Positions 37,283 through 50,700 of a stretch of DNA of 64,000 bases are shown here, piece after piece. The DNA comes from Camelus dromedarius (Eukaryota): the NCBI RefSeq assembly GCF_036321535.1, contig NC_087437.1, forward strand, positions 57,104,001-57,168,000, read 5' to 3'. The position numbers were made by a program, and so were the translations under genes. The stretch's first letter is position 1, and every line of letters starts with the position of its first letter. The notes beneath the pieces were generated by a model, which ran no database searches, had not been told where the DNA came from, and saw only the letters and a list, made by a program, of their open reading frames with translations.

Positions 37283-38289
37283 GGGATCAATCTATCTTTT
37301 CCTACTGGTAAAGATTTATTAGAGAATGGAGCTTGGATCAGATATGAAAATGTGCTTCTTAGTTACCCATCTTCTAAAGGAATTGATTTATCCAAACACA
37401 TCACAGTTAAGAACTCTTCTAGAAAGAAGTTAAAAACTGCTTATTTCTATACAAAACTGGAAAGACCTATTCCTGTGAGTGTATTCCACCAGAGTAGGGT
37501 TATGTACATGAAGGGTGATCTGAGATACAGTTAGCATAAATGTTATGGCTCTTTATTTAACTCATTAATCAGGTACAGCTTAAGTCCCCCTTGGAGAGAA
37601 GCAAATGAGAGATGAAGGAAGACTAGATACTCTGTATTATAGATAACTGGAGAAGGGCATTGAACAAGTCATGAAAGTCTAAAAGAACATAATGTATTTG
37701 TGGAAAAGGAAGGAATTTCACATGACTTGAGCCTCAGTGGCATTCAGTATTATATTAAATCATGCAATGGTGTACATTATTGACATTTCAGATTTATGAT
37801 TTCCACTTTTACTATGTTGTCAAAGCCGAGAAATATTATTCTCTAAAACCCTGGGTTTCTCCCTCCATCCTTCACATTTATCTTTTCAACATGGCTTCAT
37901 GATTTTCAAGAACATATTCTACCATTTCCAACCTTTTTCTACATTCCAATCACAGAAAAAATATATCATAAGACAGGATCTTCCTTAACTGCCTTTCCCC
38001 TCAATCCTAGACTTCTTGGTATTCTGTTATTACTATTCCTGTTCTTTTTTCCATTGTATTAAAAGAGTTGGCTCTTTTCCTGACCAAGAGTTATGCTTTC
38101 CACCTTTGCTATGGATCTCATCTCTTAACCACCACTGAAGAGTTTGTCAAAATTCTTGATCAAAACATCTCACCTTACCAAATTTCTTGCATTATTTTTA
38201 GAAGTGTTTTTAAACTTTTGTTCAGTATTGTGTGTAGAATTCATTCAGAAAAGTACCCTTCCCATCTGAAATATATGGATTTGTAGGTT

Positions 38290-40050
38290 AAAAGATACAT
38301 TAAAAAAATTCTCTACCTTGAAAACAACAAAATAAGACCCCAGAGTGAAGAAGAAGCAGGAGATTAGCAAATGAAACCTAAAGGGAAAAATCTTGTGAGG
38401 AATCCAGATTAGCTATAGCCCTGTAGGGGACTTAAACTCCCATCAGGGATAAAAGCTCTGGAATGGCAGATTAAGGACCTCAGAAAAATCTCGCTCTCTG
38501 TAAAAGTGATGAGAACATTGTCAAAATGTGTCAAAATTACTTTTTCAGAACTCTAGAAATTTACTAAATTCTTGAAATATTTCAAAGAGTGTTGTTTAAG
38601 AAAAACAGCTATATTCTCAGTAATAACACTGAACTTTGTTGTGTTTTTAAATTGCCCTAATTCCGCCCCCTTTCTCTAACTCTGTGACAGCCTTGAAAAT
38701 CAACAGCATTACCAGCAGCCTAGCAGGCACTGGAGGAGACAGAACAGGTTTAAAAATCCCCCAAAGCCCCATCCCCAGAGAAGTGTCACTGTTTGACTTG
38801 TCTAGAAGCGGAAGCTGAAAAGCATCATTCCTAGGGCTTTTCCTTATTTGATCTTGGTCAGAACTCACTCTGTAAACAGCTGTCTTCCCAGGGCATTTTC
38901 TAGAAACATTCAGGAGCAACTTTTTTTTTTTTTTTTTTTTTTGCCAATGCAGCTGCCAGAGCTGGCACTACCAGTTGTAGTTAACAAAAGTTTTGACTGA
39001 AAAGAGAAAAAATTGAGGAATGAGATGTCCATAATATGCTTTGACAATATTTGGCATAATCTTGGAAATCTTGAAGTCCACTTTTATGAGCAGGGCTGTT
39101 TATCTGCTCAGGAAAGGCCTGAGAAAGTACTAACCCCTTACCTCATATGGAAATACAAGGGACCCAGAATAGTGAAAAACAATATTGGAAAAGAAAAAGA
39201 ATGCCGGAGAGTCACACTTCCTGATTTAGAGCTTACTACAGAGTTACAATAATCAGGACTATATGGTACTGATATAAGTACAGACATACAGATCAATGAA
39301 ATAAAATTGAAAGTCCAGAAATAAAGTCATACATTTATGGTCAATTGTTTTTTACATTTTTAGTGACACTTGTTTTTGTTCTAATTTTATAAGCAATACA
39401 TGTTTATTGTAGACACTAGAAGTGAATTAGAAAAGTAAGTATCACTGAATTTGAAGACATAGTGAATAGCAATAGAAATTATCAAAATGAAACACACATA
39501 CACAGAGAATAATAATGAAGAAAGGAAAGAACATCAGTGAGCTGTTGGACAACTGCAGTCAACCCAACATACACTTAATTTGAATATTTAAATGAGAAGT
39601 GAGAGATGGGGACAGGAAAAAATACTTGAAGAAATAATGGCCAAACATTATCAAAATTTGACAAAAATTCTAAGTCTGCAGATACAAGAGGCTCAGTAAA
39701 CTCTTTGGGGGGGAAAGTAGTACATCATAATCTAACAGTTCAAAACCATCAATGAAGAGAAAAACCTAAAAAGCAGCCAGAGAAGAAAACATATGTTACT
39801 TTACTTACAAAGGAGCAATGATAAGGATGATAGCAAATTTTATATGGGAAAGAAATGAGAAGACTGTGGACCATTGTCTTTTCAACTACTGAAAGAAAGA
39901 AGCCATCAACCTAAACTTCCATAACTAGAAAAATATGTTTAAAAGAATGCAAAATAAAGGAATTTTCAGACACTTAAACATTGGAAGAACTCATCACCAG
40001 CAGGCCTACACTATACAAAATATTAAGGTCCTCTGGTAGAAGGAAAATTA
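38290..40050 (+). mobile_element. Old L1M fragments (5' UTR-like, ORF2 at ~39140-39350, ORF1 at ~39430-40050)
   Basis: IWKYKGPRIVK...TLPD (ORF2); 'atcagtgagctgttggacaac', 'gaagaaataatggccaaa', 'aaagcagccagagaag' (ORF1). Confidence 0.7.
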
Positions 40051-40982
40051 TTGGTATTTTTTATTTATTTATTTTCAAGTTCAATGACTTTTCTCTCTTA
40101 TATACATTCTGCTAGTGAGATAATCCATTTCTTTGTAACAGATACTGTATTTTCCATTTGATGCTTTTATTTATTTTCAATTTCTCTGCTAATACTTTCT
40201 TGTCATTTATTTCAAGTATATATGCTTTTCTTTACCTCTTGGAACACAGTTATAAATGTTTTTCTAAAGCCTTTGATAATTCCAACCTCTAGGTCATTTT
40301 TCAGTTGGCATTTGTTGATTGTCTATTATCTTGAGAATGGATCACATTTTCCTGGTTCTTTGTTGAACAATTTTGGGTTAATCGAGCTTGTTTTTGATTG
40401 ACATTGATGTAGCATATATTTCTCTGTTTAAAGTTTTTATCTCATTTTCTCCTAGAGAAAGTAGCAAGGTGTTGTGTTTAAGAGTGTAAAGAACAGAGCC
40501 TGGCACATATTAAGTGCTCACTATATGATGAGATGCAGCACTTTAAGAGGTTAAGAGCTTGGGGTCTAGAATCACATGTCCTGGATCTGAAATAGAATCA
40601 TGCCCTAGGTCTGAAATCTTACTCTGCCACATTTTATCATCTTTTATGTCTGTGGGTTTACTGGGCTCACCTGGGCAGCTCTACTGCTCCACATTGATTA
40701 TACAGAATTACCTGAGGGGAGGGAGGTTCCACTGGGCTGGAACATCCAAGAAGCTCACTCACATGATTGTCAGGTAGGACTTAAATTTGAGACTTACCTG
40801 GAACAAGAGTCTGCACTGGGCCTCTCCATGCTGCTTGGGCTCTACACAGCAACTGGGCTCTACACAGGAGCATTCCAATTATGAGTGTTCCAAGGATCAG
40901 GAAGTAAATGCTGGTAGTTCTTTTAAAGGCTAAGCTTGCAAGCTTATGCCACTTCTGCTGAATTCTATTGTTTAAGCTGTCT

Positions 40983-41788
40983 TGTAACCAAGAAGGGCCC
41001 TATTGTCATTGGTGACCATCTGACAAATGTAATGGTCTTTGTAACTGCTTAACTGTATAAAGGCTGAAAGGGGTTTTCTCATGCTCTTGCTGACCAGGGT
41101 TAGGCTTGAGTGGTCTGCTCAACCCCCTCGTAGTGCTGGTGCTGCTTGCAGAGATCACGCTCAGTGCACTGCCTATGTCCCCAGTGCCCTGCTCCTGACC
41201 CCAGCGCCTTGCTCCTGACCCAAGTGCCTTGCTCCTGACCCCAGTGCTCTCCTCTGGACCCCAGTTCCCTGCTTCCGATCCCTTGTGGTTTCCTTGTATC
41301 CTATTGTTTGAGTAGCAGGCCTCATCCTGCAGCAGGAGACCCCAGGCTTTAGCCTGCTTAAAAGGCTAAAAGCATTTGTCAACCTGACTTTAAACTGTGC
41401 GAGTTTTTCTTTAGAGCTCTTTTCCATATAGCACCTTCCTACATATCCTTTGTTCTAGGTACAAGAGAGTCCCAAAGCTGGAAGTGAACTTCATATCCAG
41501 TAGAGGAAAGGGGACCACAGCATCTGCAAAAATAAGAACAACTTTGCAACAATTTGTTACCCTGTTTACAATCTCTTTGTAAACTAATTCCACCCCTTGA
41601 ACTCTTGAGCTTTTACTATAAAACCCCCTGCCTTCTCTCCCCAGCAGGCTCACAGTTTTAGAATCATTAGCCCATTGTGACCTCCTTTACCTGGCAAAGA
41701 AGTAAAGTTGCCTTTTCTCCTTTATCCAAAACTCTGTCTTTGATTCTCAATTCATTAATTGGGGTATGAAGGCCACGTTTCAACAACA
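40983..41788 (+). mobile_element. Solo ERV1-type LTR (806 bp) with an internal minisatellite
   Basis: TGTAACC...CAACAACA termini. 4-bp TSD GTCT / ATCT. TATAAAA at ~41617 and an AGTAAA polyA-like signal at ~41701. Confidence 0.88.
41161..41280 (+). repeat. 20-bp minisatellite, 6 units (consensus CCAGTGCCYTGCTCCTGACC)
   Basis: Units start at 41161, 41181, 41201, 41221, 41241 and 41261. Confidence 0.93.
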
Positions 41789-44559
41789 ATCTCAAAGCTA
41801 GCCCAGGTTCAGTGGGAAGGGAAAGGAACACCATCTTTCAAAGGGAGAGAAATAAGGAATTGATAGCAATATTCAATCCATCACAAGACTATTCACATAT
41901 GATTCTCATATATCTGCATTCATTTATACCAATTTCCATGTATTAATGTCATATGTCTTGTTTTAAATTCTTTTCCTACCTTCTTTCTTGTCTTCCTTGA
42001 CATATTTGAATTCTTGCCTATTTTCAGAAGTTATAAACTCACTACCTATTATTTTAGAGATTACCTCATTATCTTTGCATGTGTCTACAAAACCTAACAA
42101 AATCTAACACCAATGCCCCTAAACATATTATTTATCTAAGGGCACTTTAAGTCTAATTGCCCTCTTCCAACTCTACTGTTATTCAGAATTTTGGTTCTAG
42201 CCTGCTTTTGCTCAAAATTAAATAGTATAACTTTTGTTTGATATATATATTTTCTTTTAGATATAACCACTTTTTTGTCTTTTTTGTCTTTTTTTTTTTT
42301 ATAGATTTTACTTTGCTGTGTGTAGGGCTGGATTTTATTTTATATATCTTTCTTGGGGCTTTTAAATATGTGGGCTTAACATTTGAATAATTGATGGATA
42401 ATAAATTTTTTACATCAGTAGGAAATTATTAGCCTTTATTTCTTCAAACATTGCCTGCTTTCCCTTCCCTCATCCATCTTCTGAAACTAAACTCTGGTTC
42501 TATGTATTAGACCTCTACACTCTAACATCCATGTCTCTTAATCTTTCATGTTTTCTATCTTATTTTTTACTCTCTAGCTGCATTCTGGATCCTTTTTTTT
42601 TTTTTTTTGATCTATCCTTTAGTTCACTGTCTTCAGTTGTATCTAATATTCTAGTTAATCTACCCAGTTAATTTTTAAATTACACTTATTATATATATAT
42701 ATTTAACGTCTAGAAATTCTAAATGATTATTTTCAAATCTTCTTTTGCCTGCTCATGTTTTAACTTTTCTTTTATGTCTTTAGTCACATGTTTTATATTT
42801 ATGTTGTATTCTGTGTCTAAAAGAAAAGGCAATATCTGAAGTTCTTTTTTTTTTTTTTAATTTCTATTGCCACTCATTCCTGGCACTTGGCTTTATCCCC
42901 TTATGCATATACTCTGAAAAGTTGTATAAATAAAACCTCAGTCCTTTAGGGTTATACAGATATGCTCTGGATGTAAGCAAACTTTGATAATTGCTTCTTT
43001 TCCAGGAATATGTATCATATACAGCAATATATACCTATCTTTAACATGTGATTCAGCTTTTTAGTTGACAGAATTCTTTACATCTCTTTGAAATTGCAGA
43101 AAGAAACTAGATGGTGGACAATGCAGCGAATTTAAGGGATTATGATCAATACTTGGGAAAAATAGAATCAAAGAATATAAAGTGGAATGAAATAGAGTAG
43201 AAAATATTAGGTGCATTATGCATAATAATGATAGTATTGTTTTGTGGGAAAAAAAAAGTTTCTTTGTCCTCTCTAACTTTTCCTCTTCTTGCCTCTCCCT
43301 GGACTCACCCTTCTCTTTGTTGTTCAAATTTAAATGTACTTTTTCACTACTGTATATTCCAGTCAATAAATTTGAAAACATATTTAAGGTGATCTGATCT
43401 GACTTCTGGTAGTTAGCATATTACAGGATCCTTTTCTGATCTAGCTTGTTTGCATAGTCTTAGAAAATAAATGTTTCTTTAAGAATAATCCACCTTACTT
43501 GAGCAAACTGGAATTCTCTGAGTTCTTATAAAATACCCATAAGGATTTTTTTCTTGGAGTAGTTGTTATTTGGATCCAAATGCATTCTTTTAGAAATACA
43601 GTTTCCTTTAGGAAAAAATAACAAAGTAACCACAATAATTACAAAAAAAAATAATAACTACAGCAATGTTTGAGAAACTGTGATGAACATTGGCCTTATT
43701 ACGGAAGCTGTTTTGAAAGAGCTTCATCAGACTTACAGGCAAAGCAAATGATGAGACTCCTAGGTGAAAAGCCCAGTGTAAGACACTAATTCCATCGTCT
43801 CCCCAGCACCCTGCAAAGGAAATTCCTTTGCAGCTTCCATCAGACTCTCCCTCCCAGGCTTTGCTGCTATTTCTGAGCAGAAACTACCCCAGACTGTGTG
43901 AAGGGGGCCCTGGGTTTCCCCCTTTGGAGGGTGTTGTAGCCTCTGCGACTCTGTGCAGTTAGTGTACCTTGTGACAAGAAAGCGTGGGATGCCGTTCCCT
44001 GGAGTGCAGCCTTTTCTGGGCAGCCACCCACAACCTCATGAATATTTAACATCTGGCTCTGGTACTGCTGGCTGATCTGTGTCCTACTCTAGAAAACAAT
44101 GCATAATGGATCACCACTTATGCCTCCTTCCCTTCCACAAACAAACACAGGATGCCTCTCTGATTTATTTATTTCTAGAATGTATGCCAGCAAGGGAAAG
44201 CACTGTAGACTGCATCGTTCAGCAATTCTCTAGGATTTTACAATCACGTTTTATTAGTTTTCCCTCACTAAATCCCATGCCATTGACCTAGCTGACTTTC
44301 TTAATAGGAAAAGCAGATTTCTGGATATTATAGGTTAATATTGTAGAAAAAGAAAGATTTAAACTGTTTAGTTAGGACTTTTTATTTCTGGCTCTGCTCG
44401 TAAACTACCTGGGGGAGGAGAGGCAGTGTTATTTTCCAAAATACATATTTGTTTTCCTAGCTGTAAAATGGGAAGAAACCTGCTTTGATTCCCTTATAGG
44501 GATGTTGTAAGGATTACGGGAAAACACTATCATATGTTTGTATATATAAAAGTTAGAAA

Positions 44560-44790
44560 ATCTGGCACAGTAGTTAAGAGTTGAGAGGCAGGCCTTGAAG
44601 AGCTGTGTAAACTTGGATAGCTAATTCACCTTTTTTGAGCCTAAGTGTCCTCATCCACATTGTGGAGAAAATAATATTCTTACATATAAGGGTTGTTTTT
44701 GGAAATAAACGTGTTAGTACATATATGAAATTTAAAAGAATTCTCATGCATACTAGGCTCTCAGTAACTTCTAGACCTTATTAGAGAAAC
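44560..44790 (+). mobile_element. MIR relic
   Basis: 'ggcacagtagttaagag...agctgtgtaaacttggatag...gagcctaagtgtcctcatc'. Confidence 0.7.
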
Positions 44791-45252
44791 ATACAAACAT
44801 TCAGTATTATAATTGTTTTGGGACCGCCAATGAGTTATAAAGATGTAAGCTTCTGGATAACAGAGATGTTTCTATACAAAGCGTGGAACATTCTGACAGT
44901 GGGAACATGAAAGCTCCCAAGCTTAAAATAGAATCTTAAGCTTAAAGGATAAAATGTGACCCATATTTCTTTTCACTCCTCAGCAAACTGTTATTTTTGT
45001 TCTTTTCTCAGGAAAGCCCTCTATGATTAATGTTTGATAATCTGTCTGCAGATCTGCCTGCAGCCTTGTGACTTGCACTCTCTTTAAGATTTCTTTTAAC
45101 AAGCTAGGTTAGTAATTCTTTTCATACTTGACAGTTCCCTCCAGGAAGCTGTTCCCTGGGATACTGTCAGGTGGTACAGTCCCCTTTTCCAGAATTTCTG
45201 AAAAAGTTCACTTAATTCAATGACATAATAATTTTAATGAACAAAAAGACAC

Positions 45253-45810
45253 TATCCAAGAGGAAGAAATTATCCCCTGCTGATCTAGATTCTTCTGGCT
45301 GGTCTAAGAATTAAACTGACATGAGATAGATTAGCAGGGAAAAGTCAAACAAAAGTTCAATGACTTTTATATATAGGAGAGACCCATCAAAACTGAGTAA
45401 CTTGTCAAATTGTCTGAAACCCTCACCTTAAATACCATCTTCAGCCAAAGACCAGAGAGGATGTTGAGGATAGTGGTTTGGACGTCAAAGGGGAGGAAGG
45501 CAATTGACATGGAGATGGGAAAGCAAAGTTTGTAAACAAATGTTTCCTGGGCCATACAGAGACAGTGGGACACAGAAGAATTTTAACAAACAGACTTTCC
45601 TGGTTCATCCCTGTCTGCACACCTGTATCATACTTTGTTATCTATGGTGATGGCTCTCTTCCTGGAATAGGTCCATTATCCACATTCTTTAGGCAGCTAG
45701 GGGGAAGGTCAAAGTTTCTTCCTGAATCTTTTGGTTCTTTATTGTTTTCAGCTCAAAATATTTCACATGTCAACTAGACGTTTTGAGGTGACAAATTTTG
45801 TTCCCCCACA
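45253..45810 (-). mobile_element. Solo ERV1 LTR (MER34-related, 558 bp)
   Basis: The minus strand starts TGTGGGGGAACAAAATTTGTCACCTCAAAA...TATTTTGAGCTGAAAACAAT, which is MER34-like. Perfect 4-bp TSD ACAC (45249-45252 / 45811-45814). Confidence 0.9.
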
Positions 45811-46659
45811 ACACAAACAACCAACTTTGATTATGCAGTTTGTATATGATAGTGATGATTTAAGGTAAACGTGGCTGTGAATCTATTCACCTAAACCATA
45901 GTAATATCATTTTATTTCTTTGTCCTGTATGGCACATAAAGTTTCGGATGCATTAGCTCTAGAGTTTAGGCTTTGTGCATTCTTCAGGAGTCTACACTTT
46001 GTGATGTGACTAGAAAAGATGTACAACGTGACTCTCAGCTCTATTTTAGTCAAATAGGTAATTCTATACCTGCCTCTTTGCGTCCCTATACTGTTTTTGA
46101 TTCAGTTTCCACCTTGTGAAAACCACAAGTCATCAGTAAATACCTAGTTACCTCTGTTCCTCCAAAGCCTATAAGTGATAGACTCAATAGAGTGGTCTCA
46201 CCTCTCTTGAAACATAACATGAAAGAAAATTTAAGTTCTTTCACCAGTGGTTGCCATCTTGACATAATCTTTAATTCTGTTTTCTTCCCTCAACCTCTGC
46301 CCTTTGTCAGAAATGCATCTCATCCCCAGTTTATTTTGTGATCTTGCTTCCTCTTGGTTTCCCTATACTTTACACTCAACATCAGTTGGATTTATTATGA
46401 AAACAGTAATAAAATGGAATAAGCATGATGCCAATAAAAAGAAAACAAAAACAACAGTAAGTATTTTCACAATTATAGAATTTCAGAGCTGAATGCCACC
46501 TTAAATGGTTCACTTAAGAGAGTGAAGGGGTATAGAGAAAGCATTATTATTTACATGATTTCTCCTTCTTATATAGATACTAAGCACTTATAAAATGTCA
46601 AAGTAAAAAAAAAAGCCAAAAAAAAAAAAAAACCTTAGAAGTTTCTCAGCTTCCTTAGC

Positions 46660-47470
46660 GAATCAAAAATACATATTGATTTCCTGCCATATGTTGGGCA
46701 GTTTTCTTTGGCACTGAGATATAATAGTAAACAAGACCGAGAGAATTCTAGCCCTCAGGGAGCTTACACTTAAATTAAAAAAAAATCAGGGTTTAATTAA
46801 CATATAACATTATATTAGTCTCAGGTGTACAATGTAATGCTTCAGTATTTGTATATATTGTGAAAGATCACCACAATAAGTCTTAACATCCATCACCATA
46901 TATATAGGTGCAAATTTTTGTTACTTGGGATGAGAACTTTTAAGATCTACTCTCTTAGCAACTTTCAAATATATGATACAGTATTATTAACTATATTCAC
47001 CATGTGTACATTACACCGCAATGGTTTATTTATTCTTAACTGGAGATTTGTATCTGTTTACTCCCTTAACCCACTTGTGGATGAAACTTATACTTTTTGA
47101 GTGGAAATATTTTTTAAAAGATTTTTAAATAATCACACATAAACTTTAGAACATGAAGAAGTGGTTTAAATAGGGTAAAAAAAAAACTCTCTAATAGGAG
47201 ACATTTAAATTAAAACACAAATAAGAATAAGGTGGCAGCCATGTTTCCAACTAGGGAAGAATGTTCCAAGCAAAGGGAACAATAAATGCAAAAGCTCTAA
47301 GATAAGAGTGAGCTTGGGATGTTCAAGAAACACAAATGAGGGCACTGTGCCTGGAGTGAAGTGAATAGTGCAGAGTGCAAGTAGGGTGGGTGACAAGGAG
47401 CTGAGAGCAGGCCAGATGACACAGCGTCTTGTAGCGTCTGATATTTGGACATGGTCGTGTTATTTGCTGA
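46660..47470 (-). mobile_element. L2 relic interrupted by an L1 3' end (~46773-47085)
   Basis: L2 'gccctcagggagcttacact' ... 'gaagaatgttccaagcaaagggaacaataaatgcaaaagc'. L1 'atgagaacttttaagatctactctcttagcaactttcaaatat'. Confidence 0.75.
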
Positions 47471-47599
47471 GATGAGAACTGCTTGCTAGATGGTAGATTC
47501 TGGTGGTGTCTCTGGGGCGGGTAATGAGGAATCAATATTTCTCTCATAGATGAGGGAAGAGAGCTTTAAGAAAGGGGATTTCCCATAATGTTCTTTATG

Positions 47600-48090
47600 T
47601 AAATGAAACAGGGCTGGAAATGGGGCCATTTGAGAAAGACCCAGGAGTCAGCAACAGAGACATCATTGGTTAAATGGATGGGGGATCTTACGTGTCTGAA
47701 GCAAGGTCCTAGAATGACAGCCCACTGTGTGTGGCAGAGGGCAGGCAGGACATGGTGGCAGTCTTTGCTCTCAGGAGAAAAGGGGGATTACCAGTTACAG
47801 GGGGAATTGAAGTCAGTTTGTCTCATTGGTCGCCAGGGAAACCAGCAGAGGGGCACACTCCTCACTGCCCCTTTGATAAACTATCATAGTTAAGATAGTT
47901 CTGATCTGACAGAACAGAGTAGTCCATAGGTGAGGCCAGGACAAGTATATAGGCATTTACTGACTAGGTTCTATGATTAAGAGGGAAGGTCAGTTAGGCG
48001 AGAAGAGTGTAGGTGAAGCAGGGACTGGTCAAGCAGAGGGTGTACAGAGAGCAAGAGAACAGCCATCTTGGGTGGCCTGACCATGCAACA
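47600..48090 (-). mobile_element. Solo LTR, ERVL-like (MER54/MER73/MER74 group)
   Basis: The minus strand begins TGTTGCATGGTCAGGCCACCCAAGATGGCTG. GC-richer ~490 bp block. No TSD resolved. Confidence 0.65.
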
Positions 48091-49148
48091 ATCCTAGTTA
48101 TGAGCATCTTAGATAAGACCATAGTTTTCTCAGATCTATCCATTGTGCTTTCTGGCCCTCATTTCTCACTCAAAGGAGACTCAAATGGGGCTCATTGATG
48201 GGAAGCACACTTATGTTTAGAATTGCAGAAAATAAATGAGCAGCTTGCCAACACGTTCTGCCCATCTTTGATTTTCAGTAGATTTCTCTATGGTATCATT
48301 TCCTTTCTTTCCACATTACAGAATATTTGCTAAAAATAAGGCAAGTAAGTCTTGGCTTACACTCATATGAAAAATATATCCCATTTCTCTGGTATGAAAC
48401 TGTCCCCTAGGAAAGGACACAAGTCTTTCAACTACAATCTGAATGTTATCCACAGTTAAGCCAAAATTATGTGGTGAAATTATTACACATATGCCTGACT
48501 AATACCATTCAGTATTTTAAAAAGAATCTCTTACCAGCTGATGCTGAGCTCTGTGTTAAATCAGAGGCTCTACACTAAAAAATGTGCTGTAGTGTGGGAA
48601 AAACGGGGCTCCTGCAAAATGTCCCATTAAAAACAATTAAGAGGCTATTAGCCTTTGCAGAAAAAAATAATGCAGCTATTAATCTTCATGCTTAAGTACT
48701 GACAGCTGAAAAAAATGAACAACTGAAACCACAAAGATAGTTGTATAGAAAGGAAGGGGAAAAAAACCTCATTCTTCTGTACTTTCATAACAATTTGTGC
48801 AGAATAATTTTAAGTATTTTGCATACTTTTCTCCAAATATTTTAGAATCATAGAAGGTAAGAAGTGAAACTTAGAACTTTAACTAACTTTAGAACTCACT
48901 TAAAATTATTAATTTCAAGCTGCTTGTTTTATAAATGAGATACCTAACATTCAGAAATAAGAGAGTTTTCTCAAGGTCATGTACATGTAGCAAGCTGGTG
49001 GTCTGTCAGGTGAAAAACAGAACAGCTCTGGTGTTGTTCATGGGCTTATTTTCTCTGATTTCTCCTTATTTCCTTAGAAAGTCTGCATTTTCTTCAGCAG
49101 TCTGATCTCAGAATATCATAGTTGTATTTCAATAAAGCAAGACATTTT

Positions 49149-50700
49149 CTTTTTTTGTTGAAGTATAGTCAGTATACGTTGTATCAATTTCTGGTGTACA
49201 GTATAATGTTTCAGTCATACATATATATATATATATTCATTTTTATATTCTTTTCCAGTATAGGTTACTACAGGATATTGAATATAGTTCTCTGTGCTAT
49301 ACAGTATGAACTTGTTTATCTATTTTATATGTAGTAATTAATATTTGCAAATCTCTCGATTTATCCTTTCCCACCTTCTTTCTCCCTGTAACCATGATTG
49401 TTTACTATGTCTGTGAGTCTGTTTCTGTTTTGTAGATAAGTTCATTAGTGTCTTCTTTTTTCTTTTTTTAGATTCCACATATGAGTGATATCATATGTTA
49501 TTTTTCTTTGTCTTTCTGGCTTACTTCACTTAGAATGATGATCTTCAGGTCCATCCATGTTGCTGCAAATGGCTTTATGTTGTTTTTTATGGCTGAATAG
49601 TATTCCATTGTATGAATATTCCATTGTATGAATAGTATTCCATTGTATGAATATACCACAGCTTCTTTATCCAGTCATCTGTTGATGGACATTTGGGTTG
49701 TTTCTATGTCTTGGCTATTGTTTATGGTGCTGCTATGAACATTGGGTTGCATGTATTTTTTCAAATTAGAGTTCCCTGTGGATATATGCCCAGGAATGGG
49801 ACTGCTGGATCATGTAGTAAGTCTGTTTTTAGTTTTTTGAGGAGTCTCCATACTTTTTTCCTTAATGACTACACCAAACTACATTCCCACTAACAATGTA
49901 GCAGGGTTCCCTTTTCTCCACACCTCTCCAGCATTTATTGTTTGTGAACTTATGAATGATGGCCATTCTGACTGGTGTGAGGTGGTACCTCATTGTAGTT
50001 TTGATTTGCATTTCTCTGATAATTAGCAATATTGAGCATTTTTTCATGTGCCTTTTGGCCATTTGTATGTCTGCATTGGAGAATTGCTTGTTTAAGTCTT
50101 CTGCCCATTTTTTGATTGGGTTGGTTGTTTTTTATTAAGTTATAGGAGCTGTTTATATATTCTAGAAATTAAGCCCTTGTCAGTTGCATCATTTGCAAAT
50201 ATTTTCTCCCATTCCATAGATTGTCATTTAGTTTTGCTTATGGTTTCCTTTGCTGTGCAAAAGCTTATAAGTTTAATGAAGTCCCATTTGTTTATTTTTG
50301 CTTTTATTTCTATTGCCTGCCCTAGGAGAAAATTGCTAATATTTGTCAGAAAATGTTTGGCCATGTTTTCTTCTAGAGATTTATAGTGTCTTGTCTTATA
50401 GATGTCTTATCTTTAATCCATTTTGAATTTATTTTTTGTATATGGGTTTGAGGGAGTGTTCTAACTTCATTGATTTAAATATACCTGTCCAGTTTTCCCA
50501 ACACTGTTTGCTGAACAGACTGTCTTTTCTTCATTATGTATATTTTCCTCCTTTGTTGAAGATTAATTGACTGTAAATGTGTGGGTTTATTTCTGGGCTC
50601 CACTGATACATATATCTGTGTTTGTGCCAATATCCCATTGTTTTGATTACTGTAGCTCTGTAGTATTGTCTGGAGGCTGGGAGGGCTATTCCTCCAAATT
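49149..50700 (-). mobile_element. Young lineage-specific L1, 3' ~1.55 kb (ORF2 C-terminal part plus 3' UTR)
   Basis: ORF 49862-50062 ([34 protein letters not shown]) and a 3' UTR shared with the 6474 and 35770 copies. Confidence 0.95.

Larger units (their letters stand above)
40650..41885 (-). mobile_element. MaLR LTR (MLT1G/H-like) split by the LTR at 40983-41788
   Basis: 'ggctggaacatccaagaagctcactcacatg'...'gccacttctgctgaattctattg' resumes after the insert as 'caaagctagcccaggttcagtgggaagg...aatccatcaca'. Confidence 0.7.

Noticed and set aside
41161..41280. Regularly spaced repeats resembling a CRISPR array
   Set aside because: Head-to-tail 20-bp units with no unique spacers, inside an LTR in a mammalian genome.
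43150..43260. Possible hAT-Charlie fragment
   Set aside because: Only a faint resemblance by eye, with no terminal inverted repeats or TSD resolved.
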